Assembly (NCBI GenBank): GCA_964016885.1
Contig: OZ024764.1
Span: 4,402,001 to 4,466,000, forward strand
Length of the DNA: 64,000 nt
Direction: 5' to 3'
From: Eledone cirrhosa
Taxonomy: Eukaryota
In this document: in pieces, positions 11,616 through 24,140 of the stretch
Numbering within the stretch: position 1 is the first letter of the stretch
Layout of the letters: the number at the start of each line of letters is the position of its first letter
Translations under genes and position numbers: made by a program
Notes under the pieces: model-generated
Databases searched by the model: none
What the model was told of the DNA's origin: nothing
The model's input: the letters and a program-made list of their open reading frames with translations, nothing else

Positions 11616-11686
11616 TGTTTTATCTAATGAAAACACAAATATTATTGCATGATGATGTTTGTTTTTGAAATGCGCATAATAAAATA
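11616..11686 (+). ncRNA. Decayed hammerhead motif (core CTAATGA) in inverted repeat 11465-11725
   Basis: Stem I tgttttat/ataaaata, long stem II, GAAA-TGCGC-ATA (palindromic ATGCGCAT); sister copy at 42067-42137. Confidence 0.45.
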
Positions 11687-11812
11687 CATGGAACTCTTTT
11701 AACCATCTTTTGATCTTATATATTATGTATACTCCAGTCCTACAAACTGTAGAGTGCTTCTTATCCGATATCTGCATTGCTTTATTGTACTACAATAAAA
11801 CTCACCTCCTAC

Positions 11813-11845
<33 letters not shown>

Positions 11846-11877
11846 AAATGAAGTAATTCCATCGGAAAAGTCCAGGA

Positions 11878-11926
<49 letters not shown>

Positions 11927-12580
11927 TATATATACACAACATATACATATATATACACACACATACATACATATATATATATATTCATTAGTTAAGCAAA
12001 ACAAGATCACAAACTTCACAAGGAAGACATTATTAAAAGATTGTCAACATATTTTAGTTTGATGTAAGGAATGTAGAGAATAATAATAATAATATTAATA
12101 ATAATTGTTTCTACTTTTGGCACAAGGCCAGCAATTACCCAATGCATTACTGGTACTTTATTCTATCGACCCCGGAAGGATGAAAGGCAAAGTTAACCTC
12201 GGCGGGATTTAATAATAATAACGGACATTATTATTAATATTATTATTATTATTCTCTACATTCCTTACATCAAACTAAAATATGTTGACAATCTTTTAAT
12301 AATGTCTTCCTTGTGAAGTTTGTGGTCTTGCTTTGCTTAACTAATGAATATTTCCAGCTCTGCGCGCCTAACTTCTGCATGAGCCCAGCCACCTAGCTGC
12401 TTTCTACTGCATATCGCACATTGAGCACATGCCTTTACGCTTTGGCTTCTAACTAATTCACCAATCTCTCCTCTCATATCTCCTCTCCTATCTCCATCTC
12501 TCTCTTTAAGATTGGTTACTCTTGAACTGTGTATATATATATATATATATTTACACACACATACATATATATACACACAC

Positions 12581-12643
<63 letters not shown>

Positions 12644-12722
12644 TATATATATACATACATACAAACACACACACACACACTAACTATGCTGTATGTTCTT
12701 GCTTTTGTTGACCTTGCAATGT

Positions 12723-12773
<51 letters not shown>

Positions 12774-12776
12774 CAG

Positions 12777-12833
<57 letters not shown>

Positions 12834-12986
12834 ATAAATGCTCTGAAATAGCGATATATATGTGAATATAGACATAGAATATTCGAAAATATTCTGTATG
12901 TTTATAATAAACATTTTGAAGACCTAATCGCTATAGAATAGAATACGTCACGTATTACAATTAGATTCTCGATAAAAGCAAGGGAA

Positions 12987-13029
12987 GTAATCTACGCGTT
13001 TCATTCTTGTTAGAAATCATCAGGACTAC
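12987..13029 (-). ncRNA. Minimal type I hammerhead ribozyme (unit 1)
   Basis: Minus strand GTAGTC-CTGATGA-T-TTCT-AACA-AGAA-T-GAAAC-GC-GTA-GATTAC; stem I GTAGTC/GATTAC, palindromic ACGCGT stem III. Confidence 0.85.
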
Positions 13030-13296
13030 ATATCCAGTGCTTTTATCGAGAATGACACAGCTAGAGACTTATAGAATACTTAGCTGTGTACAGGAACTGG
13101 TTTGAAAGAGCGGTTGCCGGTCCGGCAGAAATTAGAAATTGGAATAAATGCTCTGAAATAGCGATATATATGTGAATATAGACATAGAATATTCGAAAAT
13201 ATTCTGTATGTTTATAATAAACATTTTGAAGACCTAATCGCTATAGAATAGAATACGTCACGTATTACAATTAGATTCTCGATAAAAGCAAGGGAA

Positions 13297-13339
13297 GTAA
13301 TCTACGCGTTTCATTCTTGTTAGAAATCATCAGGACTAC
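13297..13339 (-). ncRNA. Minimal type I hammerhead ribozyme (unit 2)
   Basis: Identical to unit 1, +310 bp. Confidence 0.85.
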
Positions 13340-13606
13340 ATATCCAGTGCTTTTATCGAGAATGACACAGCTAGAGACTTATAGAATACTTAGCTGTGTA
13401 CAGGAACTGGTTTGAAAGAGCGGTTGCCGGTCCGGCAGAAATTAGAAATTGGAATAAATGCTCTGAAATAGCGATATATATGTGAATATAGACATAGAAT
13501 ATTCGAAAATATTCTGTATGTTTATAATAAACATTTTGAAGACCTAATCGCTATAGAATAGAATACGTCACGTATTACAATTAGATTCTCGATAAAAGCA
13601 AGGGAA

Positions 13607-13649
13607 GTAATCTACGCGTTTCATTCTTGTTAGAAATCATCAGGACTAC
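13607..13649 (-). ncRNA. Minimal type I hammerhead ribozyme (unit 3)
   Basis: Identical to unit 1, +620 bp. Confidence 0.85.
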
Positions 13650-14287
13650 ATATCCAGTGCTTTTATCGAGAATGACACAGCTAGAGACTTATAGAATACT
13701 TAGCTGTGTACAGGAACTGGTTTGAAAGAGCGGTTGCCGGTCCGGCAGAAATTAGAAATTGGAATAAATGCTCTGAAATAGCGATATATTCCAGCAATGT
13801 GTATATATATATACATACAGATATTATATATATATATATATATATATCTGTCTGTACGTTTATATATTCCAGCAATGTGTATATATATATATATACATAC
13901 AGATATTGTATATATATATATATATATCTATGTCTATACGTTTATATATACCAGCAAGATATGTCAGCCAAATATGTAAACACCCCGCCCTCATAATATC
14001 TATCTATAACTGGTGCTGTATGAACAAAGTACTCGACCAAAATACAGTCCTTTACACCGAGGTACAGATACTCCCTTGCCCAATCCTATCGTCGGAATTA
14101 AACTAAACTTATGCCAACAATGACAGTAATCTTCACAATTTAATCATATAACATATATATGTAGCGAAATCTGTCCCCGCCTTGAACCCGATTAACGCAC
14201 TCGATATGCAAATTAGGCTGCTCAGCCGTTAATATGCATAAGGAAAGTATATACTTTCAGACGTTCAATCATCTGGCAGGAAGGTAT

Positions 14288-14330
14288 ACGTTGCTGACGA
14301 TAGCTAATAAGCTTGAAACTAGTACAGCGT
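14288..14330 (+). ncRNA. Minimal type I hammerhead ribozyme in a dispersed repeat (~14200-14450)
   Basis: ACGTTG-CTGACGA-T-AGC-TAATAA-GCT-T-GAAAC-TA-GTA-CAGCGT; palindromic ACTAGT; stem I extendable by aagg/cctt. Confidence 0.85.
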
Positions 14331-14801
14331 TCCTTTGTCAGTGTTGTACAAAAGAGCAACGATGGTTGCTAGACACTACGGCTTAATACGAGATGTTTGT
14401 TTACAAACACACCGAGCATTATAATAAATGTTCGGTGAATCCATACGTACATATATATATGTGTGCATGTATGTATATATTTATACATACTACGTGCTTC
14501 TGTATACATATATGTATGTATGTATACATACTTATATATATATATATATACTGCAACTTCGATTTTACTAACTTCCAGTCTTATATATATATATATAATA
14601 GATCAAGATAGAACCAGTCTGGTTAGACCATTACTCAACAGAGTACTTGATACTTGGGGTAGTAAAGTATGGTCATATCATAAATAGTCAGGACCTGACG
14701 GCTAAGCACTTACCATTTCAACAGCTAGATCCCGAGTCTGGAACTAGCTGTTGAAATGGCACGATCTCAGCCATTAGGCCCTGACTCTTTATAAGTCAAA
14801 T

Positions 14802-15235
14802 TGTAGGTCACCATCCTTTTCGGCGTGGACAGGTTCATGCGTGGGCAATCCCTCAAGGTGGGAGACAGAGGGCGACAGGTATATAAAGCCTGTATGATCC
14901 CACGTCTAACACACAGAGAGCGCGGAGCCGTACGCTATAGTATAGCTATATAAAGATTCACCTCCTACAACAGGCCACATAAGTCTACAGACAACCACAG
15001 ACCATTACCCTCTCTCTCTCTGTCTCTCTCCTGGTCTCAGACTACACCAGCCTCAATAGCTATATAAAGGTTCACCTCCTACAACAGGCCACATAGGTCT
15101 ACAGACAACCACAGACCATTACCCTCTCTCTCTCTGTCTCTCTCCTGGTCTCAGACTACACCAGCCTCAATAGCTATATAAAGATTCACCTCCTACTACA
15201 GGCCACATAGGTCTACAGACAACCACAGACCATTA

Positions 15236-15266
<31 letters not shown>

Positions 15267-15425
15267 CTGGTCTCAGACAAACCAGCCTCATGCACCAACA
15301 ACAAAATAACATCGTCAGCCTTCACGACTCGTGTTAACTTGTCTATTGTTCTTTTTGACTGAAGTGAAGTAAACCTTTTTATATATAAAGTAAATCAGCT
15401 ATTCTTGTTAATCCATCTAACAAAC
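14802..15425 (+). mobile_element. Possible solo LTR with internal 114-bp triplication
   Basis: Begins TGTAG, TATATAAA near 14880, ends ...AACA; 114-bp unit at 14944, 15058, 15172; no clear TSD. Confidence 0.4.
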
Positions 15426-16439
15426 ACCACTAATACTGTTTGTTGTGTATATTTGGCAGTATCGGTAGAGAGTCGGACGCCATGCTTTCTAGCAGAGTTA
15501 CGTCCCTTTACGGTCTGAGTTCAAATCCCGCCGAGGTTAACTTTGTTATGTTATTTATGTATATATATATATATAAAACATACACCCGACCTCCCATGGG
15601 TACAAGCTGAAGCATATAGACAATATGCCCCAACACCCTCCCACTACAAAGTGGTCGTGGAGGTGCCACGGCAAAAAAGCACCCAGCACTCACTGTAAAT
15701 GAGGTTGGTGTTAGGAAGGGCATCCATCTGTAGAAATCAAGCCAGAATCAGTTACTGTATGAGCAAGACAAGGTCACCTGACCGGACACTGCCCACAACA
15801 GGACAACCCGTCTAACCCATGCTAGCGTGGAAGAACGGACGTAAAACGGTGATGATGATGATGATGATGATATAAAACATATTTATGTTATTTATGTATA
15901 TATATAAAACATATTTGTTATGTTATTTATATATATATATTTAAAACATATTTGTAATGTTATTTATATATCTTCGGTTAGCTTCCCCCTGTGTTGTTTA
16001 CTTGTCTCACTCGCTTTACGCCTTTCTATTGTCCTAATAACTTATTTTAGTTATCGCTCCAACGTGAGGTATATGATTTTTAATGCGATGAAATACCCAT
16101 GATCGTTTGGTAAATCACTGATGAGGGACTCATTTTATAACATGTTATCCATGTGCAACCAGCAGTATTCTTCTCACCCATATTTTCATATATATATATA
16201 TACATATATATAAAACATATTTGTAATGTTATTTATATATATATATATATATATAACGAAGGAAATGTGGTAAGGAACCAGGTGGACCATAACGTACCAA
16301 AGTACTCAATACTTAGGGTAGCAGAGTGGGTAATAGGAACGAGTAGGACCCTGACGGCTGAACGGCTTGAGCTCAGCCGTCGGGGTCCTGCTCGTTCCTA
16401 TATATATATAAAACATATATATATAAATATATATAAAAC

Positions 16440-16787
16440 ATATATATATATAAAACATATTTGTTATGTTATTCTACTGTAAATTTATTTATATACATCA
16501 TGTGTTTATATTTTCATTCTAAAAGAATTGGAAACGATTTGTAATGATATTTATATAACTGTGAATAAAACTTTAATATTGTTAAACAGGTACTACTGCT
16601 ATTGATTGAGGCAATTATAAAGGACTCAATACAGTGTTATGTTAATATATTATTATATTATTGTCCAGTTTAAAGAGTTAAAAAGTGTGACACCAAGAAA
16701 AGCAATTGTAATCAGTGGCCTTACAACTACGATAGATACAGAGATATTTGCTGTCTGTGTGTGTGTGTGTATATATATATGTATGTG

Positions 16788-16821
<34 letters not shown>

Positions 16822-16959
16822 ACGAAGGAAATGTGGTAAGGAACCAGATGGACCATAACGCACCAAAGTACTCAATACTTAGGGTAGTAGAGTTGGGTCA
16901 TACTTGTTCCTATATATATATATGTATATAGTAAATGAGTGAAAAATAACATGGATCGG

Positions 16960-17025
<66 letters not shown>

Positions 17026-17600
17026 GTTATTCCGGTTTGAATCGGAGGTAACCACAGTAAGTAAGGTACTCAATACATTGCAGAGTATAAAAGTTTTAAT
17101 ATAGATGAGATTCTACAGGACTAGATATATATATATATATAAAACATATTTGTTATGTTATTCTACTGTAAATTTATTTATATACATCATGTGTTCATAT
17201 TTTCATTCTAAAAGAATTGGAAACGATTTATAATGGTATTTATACAACTGTGAATAAAACTTTAATATTGTTAAACAGGTACTACTGCTATTGATTGAGG
17301 CAATTATAAAGGACTCAATACAGTGTTATGTTAATATATTATTATATTATTGTCCAGTTAAAAAGTGTGACACCAAGAAAAGCAATTGTAATCTGTGGCC
17401 TTACAACTACGATAGATACAGAGATATTTGTTGTCTGTGTGTGTGTATATATATATATGTATGTATATATATATATATATATATGTATAACGAAGGAAAT
17501 GTGGTAAGGAACCAGATGGACCATAACGCACCAAAGTACTCAATACTTAGGGTAGTAGAGTGGGGTCATACTTGTTCCTATATATATATATGTGTGTAGA
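16440..17600 (+). repeat. Local ~0.5 kb tandem segmental duplication
   Basis: 16450-16915 closely matches 17140-17585. Confidence 0.8.
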
Positions 17601-17753
17601 ATTAAAATACGCGAGTGTGTTGGAGTTAAACACCCTCTTCGTATTATAGAAATGACAGTAAAGGTATAGCTCGATGTAATTAAACAGAGCCGAAGAATTA
17701 TGAAAATAAACCAAAGAAGCCTTCAATACATCAAAAGTCTTTATTAGCCAACA

Positions 17754-17785
17754 ATGATGAGTCCTTAATAGGACGAAACATTGTT
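17754..17785 (+). ncRNA. Hammerhead core at the axis of a foldback repeat (17697-17838)
   Basis: aTGATGA-GTCC-TTAATA-GGAC-GAAAC-ATT-GTT; first core C replaced at the inversion junction. Confidence 0.45.
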
Positions 17786-18121
17786 GGCTAATAAAGACTT
17801 TTGATGTATTGAAGGCTTCTTTGGTTTATTTTCATAATATATATATATGTATATAGTAAATGAGTGAAAAATAACATGGATCGGCTGTATATATATATAT
17901 CACCGAAAGTGATATTTCATTGCATCTCTTCTTTCCATGATATCCGGATTACATTGAGTTCTTCATACGGATTGGACACTACCGTAAACTCTTGGTAGAT
18001 TTATCTACATATATATATATATATATATTTTTAATATGATATTTTTAATATGATATCCCAGAAATATATATAACGAAATAAATATGGTTTTATAAATATA
18101 GTTTCCATTTGTTTAATATCG

Positions 18122-18153
<32 letters not shown>

Positions 18154-20082
18154 GCATGATGGTGTATAAATGTTATTGAGGCACGAGTAACATAATAATG
18201 ATGCCAACAGCAGAGATTAGAGATGAAATGCTTGTATGGTTGTAGTTACACATAAAATGAGGACGTACTTCAACAGGATTCTAATAAATATTGTCTATAC
18301 ACGTAATTAAAGTGTATATACATTTATCGTAGTTGTGGTCGTTTAACATAGCGGTTCGACAGCACCGAGATCGACGAAATAAATACCAGAGAGGCCAGGC
18401 AATAAAATAATAATAATTAACCCTCCGATGCCACAGCATGGCCGTAAGTCCAATGACTGAAACCAATAAAAGAATATAGATACATCGATAGATAGATATA
18501 TAGATATATTTCTTTATTAGCCACAGGGGCACAAAAGAAGGGGACAAATACAAAGGGGGAAGTTTACATACAATAAAAACGTGTAAAATGTTTATAGATA
18601 GATAGCTAGAGAGAGAGAGAGATAGATAGATAGATAGCTATAGAGAGAGAGAGATAGATAGCTATATATATAGAGAGATAGATAGCTATAGAGAGAGAGA
18701 GAGAGAGAGATGGATGGATGGATGGATAGAAGGACAGAAAAAGGGAGAAGTTGACTTGCCTTATATGTTGAGTGACATGTAAGACTCGGTGGAGTGTGAG
18801 TGAAGTCCCTCGAGTGTTGCAGACGAGTGAAGGAAGCCCGAGTGTGGACTGTTGAGAAGAACAGATCCTGACAGAATGACTGAAATGTTGTGGTGGTGGT
18901 GGTGTAGTGGTATTATGGGAGGGGGGTGAAGTGGTGCGGTAGTAGTGGTGGTGGGGGGGTGAAGAGGTGCGGTAGTGGTGGCGGTGGTATGGTAGAGGTA
19001 GTGGTGTGGTAGTGGTGGTGGGGATGAAGTTGAGGTGTGGGGGTGAAGAGGTGAGGTAGTGGTGGGGGGTGAAGTTGTGGTAGTGGTGGCGGTGGTATGG
19101 TAGAGGTAGTGGTGTGGTGGTGGTGGCGGTGGTATAGTGGTGGTGTGGGGGTGAAGAGGTGCGGTAGTGGTGGTGGCGGTGGTATGGTAGAGGTAGTGGT
19201 GTGGTGGTGGTTGGGGTGAAGTTATGGGTTGGTGGTGTGGTGGCGGTGGTGTGGTGGAGGTGGTGTTGGTGGTGTGGTGGTGGTGATGTTACAGTATGTT
19301 TAAATGGTGATGGTGGTGGTGGTGGGAAAAAACTATTTGAATCTGTGGAGGTGGTGCTGTTGTTGTTTCATATATTGATGGTGGTGGTGGTGGTGGTGGT
19401 GGTGACGATGGTGGTGGTGGTGTTGTAGTATATATCAATGGCGATGGTGGTGCTGCTGACGATGATGATGGTGGTGGTGGTGGTGTTGCATATATCAATG
19501 GTGGTGGTGGTGGTGGTGGTGACGATGATGGTGGTGGTAGTGGTGGTGACGATGGTGGTGCTGGTGTTGTAGTATATATCAATGGCGATGGTGGTGCTGC
19601 TGACGATGATGATGGTGGTGGTGGTATTGGTGATGGTGGTGGTGGTGACGGTGGTGGTGGTGGTGGTGGTGGTGACGATGATGGTGGTGGTGGTGGTGGT
19701 GACGGTGGTGGTGGTGGTGGTGGAGATTGTTGCGTATATCAATGGTGGTGGTGGTGGTGGTGGTGTTGCATATATCAATGGTGGTGGTGGTGGTGACGAT
19801 GCTGATGGTGGTGGTGGTGGTGGTGGTGTTGTTGCATATATCAATGGTGGTGGTGACGATGATGATGGTGTTGGTGGTGGTGGTGTATATATTGATTGAG
19901 AATGGTGGTGGTGGTGGTGTATATATTGATTGAGAATGGTGGTGGTGTGACTGAAGGTTATCTTGGTGGTGGTGATAGTGGTGTAAAGGTTAAGCTGTAT
20001 TGTATGTCTGTCTATATGTGTGTGTGTGTGTATGTATGTGTGTATGTGTGTATGTTTGTATGTATGTGTGTATGTGTATGCA

Positions 20083-20113
<31 letters not shown>

Positions 20114-20149
20114 GTGTGTATGTATGTATATATGTATGTATGTGTGTAT

Positions 20150-22714
20150 TTCACTAAACGTAAAATCCGGGCTCCTGGTGTTGCTCTGCCCAGAAGATTG
20201 AATGCTGCTCGTCTTAGGGATTAAAATGTGAAGACTACATTGCAACAAGAGATGCAGGTTGCAGATCTTGGTGAGGATTGGCCGACCCTTAAAAAGTTGG
20301 TTTATGATGTAGGCAGGCATGTTTTGGGATTGGTGCAGAGAAAACATCAGGACTGGTTTAATGAGAATGATGAACATATAGAAGACTTGTTGGCTGATAA
20401 GAGGCGTGCTCTGTCACGCTACTTGACGGCAAAACCACAGGAGAAGAATATGTTGCATAAGGAACTCAAGGATGTGAAATCACGTGTTAGGCGGAGTCTT
20501 TCTCAGATGAAGGATCAGTGGTGGAGTGAGAAGGCTGGTGAGATACAAACTGCGTCAGATTCCAATAACACAAAGCTGTTGTACAGTCTCTTGCGTGAAG
20601 TTTATGGACCGTCTTCTTCTCTGGTGACACCGCTTCGCAGCAAGGATGGCAAAGAACTTCTTCGTGACTCACAAGGAATTCTACGAAGGTGGCGAGAGCA
20701 CTTTGATGAATTTTGAATCAGCCGTCTGTCGTCAGGGAAGATTTCCTCAATCTCATTCCAGAAAGTCCTGTGAAAGTAGCTCTCGCAGAACCTCCGCCGC
20801 TTGTGGAGGTTGCAGTGGCTATCTCGAAGCTGAACATTGGAAGGTCTCCAGGTATGGATGGCATACATGCAGAGCTCCTACAATATGGTGGTGAGACACT
20901 CCTGCAACATCTTCACTCTTTGTTTGGCAGGATATGGGCTAATGAATCCGTACCTGAGGACTGGAGAGATGCAGTAATGGTGGTCTTGGTACAAGGGAAA
21001 GGGTAACAGGAATGATTGTGGGAACTACAGAGGTATATCATTGCTTTCTGTCGTAGGGAAAGTGTTATGTAGGGTGCTTCTGGACCGTCTGCTGACACAC
21101 ATTGCAGATTGTGTTCTTCCTGAGAGTCAATCTGCTTTTCGTGCTGGACGCGGCACTACTGATATGATCTTCTCAGCTAGACAGCTCCATGAGAAGTGCA
21201 TGGAACAAGGTTTGGATCTGTATCCGGTTTTTGTCGATCTGACAAAATTTTCGATACTGTTAACAGAAATGCATTATAGAAGGTTCTCCAGAAACTTGGT
21301 TGCCCTGATAAGTTCCTTGCTTTAGTTAGGTCTTTCCATGATGACATGAAAGCTTGGGTTAATGTTGGAGGTAACATGTCAGAGCCTATCTCAGTAAAAA
21401 ATGGAGTGAAACAGGGGGATATTCCAGCACCGACCCTGTTTGCCATATACTTTGCAATGGTTTTCTATATTGCATTCAGGAATTGCGAGCATGGTGTTTA
21501 CATCCAATATCGAACCTCAGGCAGCATATTTAACATTAGGCGCTTTGCTGCAAAGACAAAAGTATTTACATCAATCATAAGAGACCTCTTGTATGCAGAT
21601 GATTGCGATCTTGTAGCGCACACAGAGAGTGATATGCAGCACATTTTGAATGCATTTTCTGATGCTTGCACTGCCCTAGGATTGACTGTCAGTCTCAAGA
21701 AAACCGTTGTCATGTACCAACCTGCCCCTGGTAAGCAGTACAGTGAACCAAATATCTATGTATATGGTAAACGACTTGGAGTGGTTGATCAGTTTGTCTA
21801 CCTGGGAAGCACTGTCAATCGATACAGCAACCTTGATAATGAAATCCCACTCAGGATTAGGAAAGCAAGTGATGCTTTCGGAAAGCTAGAAAGGCAACTC
21901 TGGGGTCGGCAAGACATATGCAAGAAGACAAAGGTAAAGGTGTACAAGACATGTGTGCTCTCTTCTCTTCTTTATGTTTGCGAGACCTGGGTCACATATC
22001 GACACCACCTTAAGCAATTGGAGCGTTTCCATCAGATGTGTCTCAGACGGATCCATGGCATTTACTGGAGGGACCACATCAGTGATGTCGAGATTTTGGA
22101 AAGCTCTCTGTGTGACAGTATAGAAGCTCTTGTGCTTAAGCAACGACTCTGTTGAAGTGGTCACCTTGCCAGGATGAAGGATTCTAGAATACCAAAACAA
22201 CTCTTTTATGGAGAGTTGGTTAAAGGAAAACGACCGCCACATAAACCAAAAAAGAAGTATAAGGATTCCTTGACAGCTGCTTTGAAAGACACTAACATTT
22301 CTGCTGATACATGGGAAAATGTTGCTGCTGATCGTAATAAATGGAGAAAGACTGTATATGAGAGGAAGTTGCCTTTGAGGCATACAAGAAAGTAAAGAGG
22401 GATGTGAGGAAGGGCATTGCAGTTGCACTTCCAGACGGTGAAGGTCCTCCTATGGTGCTGACATGCAGCGTCTGTGCGAGACTCTGCTTAACAGACTTGA
22501 CTACCAGGCTGCTGTTGGAGATGCTACTCATCATGCTTGCCAAACATGTGGTAGAGAATGTAAATCAGCAGGAGGGCTCAAGCGACATGCAAAAGTACAT
22601 GAACTCCAACCACAGCCGGCTATTCCCAGTGAATGTTTTGGTTGCCAACTCTGTGCAAGACATTTTAGATCATTGGCTGGGCTAAAAAGCCACATTCGAT
22701 CGCAGCACTATTAA
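20150..22714 (+). mobile_element. 5'-truncated RTE-clade (BovB-like) LINE, disrupted RT ORF with C-terminal C2H2 zinc-finger-like repeats
   Basis: Fragments GRSPGMDGIHAELL, VPEDWRDA, LPESQSAFRAGRGTTDMIF, GVKQGD, LLYADD, FVYLGS, LLYVCETW, RIPKQLFYGEL; several stops/frameshifts; CQTC..LKRHAKVH and CQLC..LKSHIRSQH at end. Confidence 0.92.
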
Positions 22715-22794
22715 TTGCTATTGTGTGTAGATATGTTTATGTGTGTGTGCGTGTGTGTATATATATATGTATATTATATTATTGTTGTTGATCG

Positions 22795-22960
22795 GATGCC
22801 ATGCTTTGAAGCATAGAGTTACCTCCCTTTATGATCTGAGTTCAAATCCCGCCGAGGTTAACTTTGCCTTTCATCCTTACAGGGTCGATAAAATAAAGTA
22901 CCAGTAATACATTGGGGTAATTGCTGGCCTTGTGCCAAAAGTAGAAACAATTATTATTGT
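22795..22960 (+). mobile_element. SINE family B (Deu/Nin-like central domain) fragment
   Basis: gagttcaaatcccgccgaggttaactttgcctttcatcctt..ggtcgataaaataaagtaccag; other copies ~7945-8022, 8465-8582, 12104-12210, 15452-15545, 40475-40950, 41497-41780, 61343-61530. Confidence 0.8.
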
Positions 22961-23342
22961 TGTTGTCGTTGTTATTATTGTTATTATTTTGGGGGTTTTT
23001 TTTCTCGTGCATTGGCCATACTCGATAACGAGGGGGCAGCCATCAAGTGTGTATGTATGTGTGTGTACACACACATACATACACACATACAGCCAAAAGG
23101 TGTTTCCCTATCTGATGCAGAATAGGTGTGAACATCTTTTCACATTGAGACATTCCAATCATGGCAGTGCCACAAATTTTGTTTATATATAAATGACACA
23201 GGATCGAGATCTTTGGCATTATGCAGTAATACAGAAGACCCACCTTCCCTTGCGCACGGATTCAAACATACTTCCTCCAGTAGACACCTCTTAACCACTT
23301 AATCCACTATACCCCCTCCGTAAACCCCTACACCACCACCCT

Positions 23343-24140
23343 AACACTGTAAAGTTATGTTGGTATCACAAAAAGTACCCAGTCCACACTGTAAAGTGGT
23401 CACGTAGGTGTCACAACAAAAAACACCCAGTCCACACTGTAAAGTGGTCATATAAGTGTCACAACAAAAAGTACCCAGTCCACACTGTAAAGTGGTCATG
23501 TAGGTGTCACAACAAAAAGTACCCAGTCCACACTGTAAAGTGGTCATGTAGGTGTCACAACAAAAAGTACCCAGTCCACACTGTAAAGTGGTCATGTAGG
23601 TGTCACAACAAAAAGTACCCAGTCCACACTGTAATGTGGTCATGTAGGTCTCACAACAAAAAGTACGCAGTCCACACTGTTAAGTGCTCATGTAGGTGTC
23701 ACAACAAAAAACACCCAGTCCACACTGTAAAGTGGTCATATAAGTGTCACAACAAAAAGTACCCAGTCCACACTGTAAAGTGGTCATGTAGGTGTCACAA
23801 CAAAAAGTACCCAGTCCACACTGTAAAGTGGTCATGTAGGTGTCATGACAAAAAGTACCCAGTCCACACTGTAAAGTGGTCATGTAGATGTCACAACAAA
23901 CAACACCCAGTCCACACTGTAAAGTGGTCATGTAGGTGTCACAACAAAAAGTACCCAGTCCACACTGTAAAGTGGTCATGTAGGTGTCACAACAAACAAC
24001 ACCCAGTCCACACTGTAAAGTGGTCATGTAGGTGTCATGACAAACAACACCCAGTCCACACTGTAAAGTGGTCATGTAGGTGTCACAACAAAAAGCACCC
24101 AGTCCACACTGTAAAGTGGTCATGTAAATGTCACAACAAA
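23343..24140 (+). repeat. 45-bp tandem minisatellite (~17 copies) derived from RTE/SINE 3' UTR segment
   Basis: Unit cactgtaaagtggtcatgtaggtgtcacaacaaaaagtacccagtc(ca); preceded by RTE 3' remnant at ~23190-23340. Confidence 0.9.

Larger units (their letters stand above)
12829..13788 (-). repeat. 310-bp head-to-tail tandem array (3 full units + partial), one hammerhead ribozyme per unit; non-LTR retrozyme-like
   Basis: ctctgaaata at 12841, 13151, 13461, 13771; units appear identical. Confidence 0.9.
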
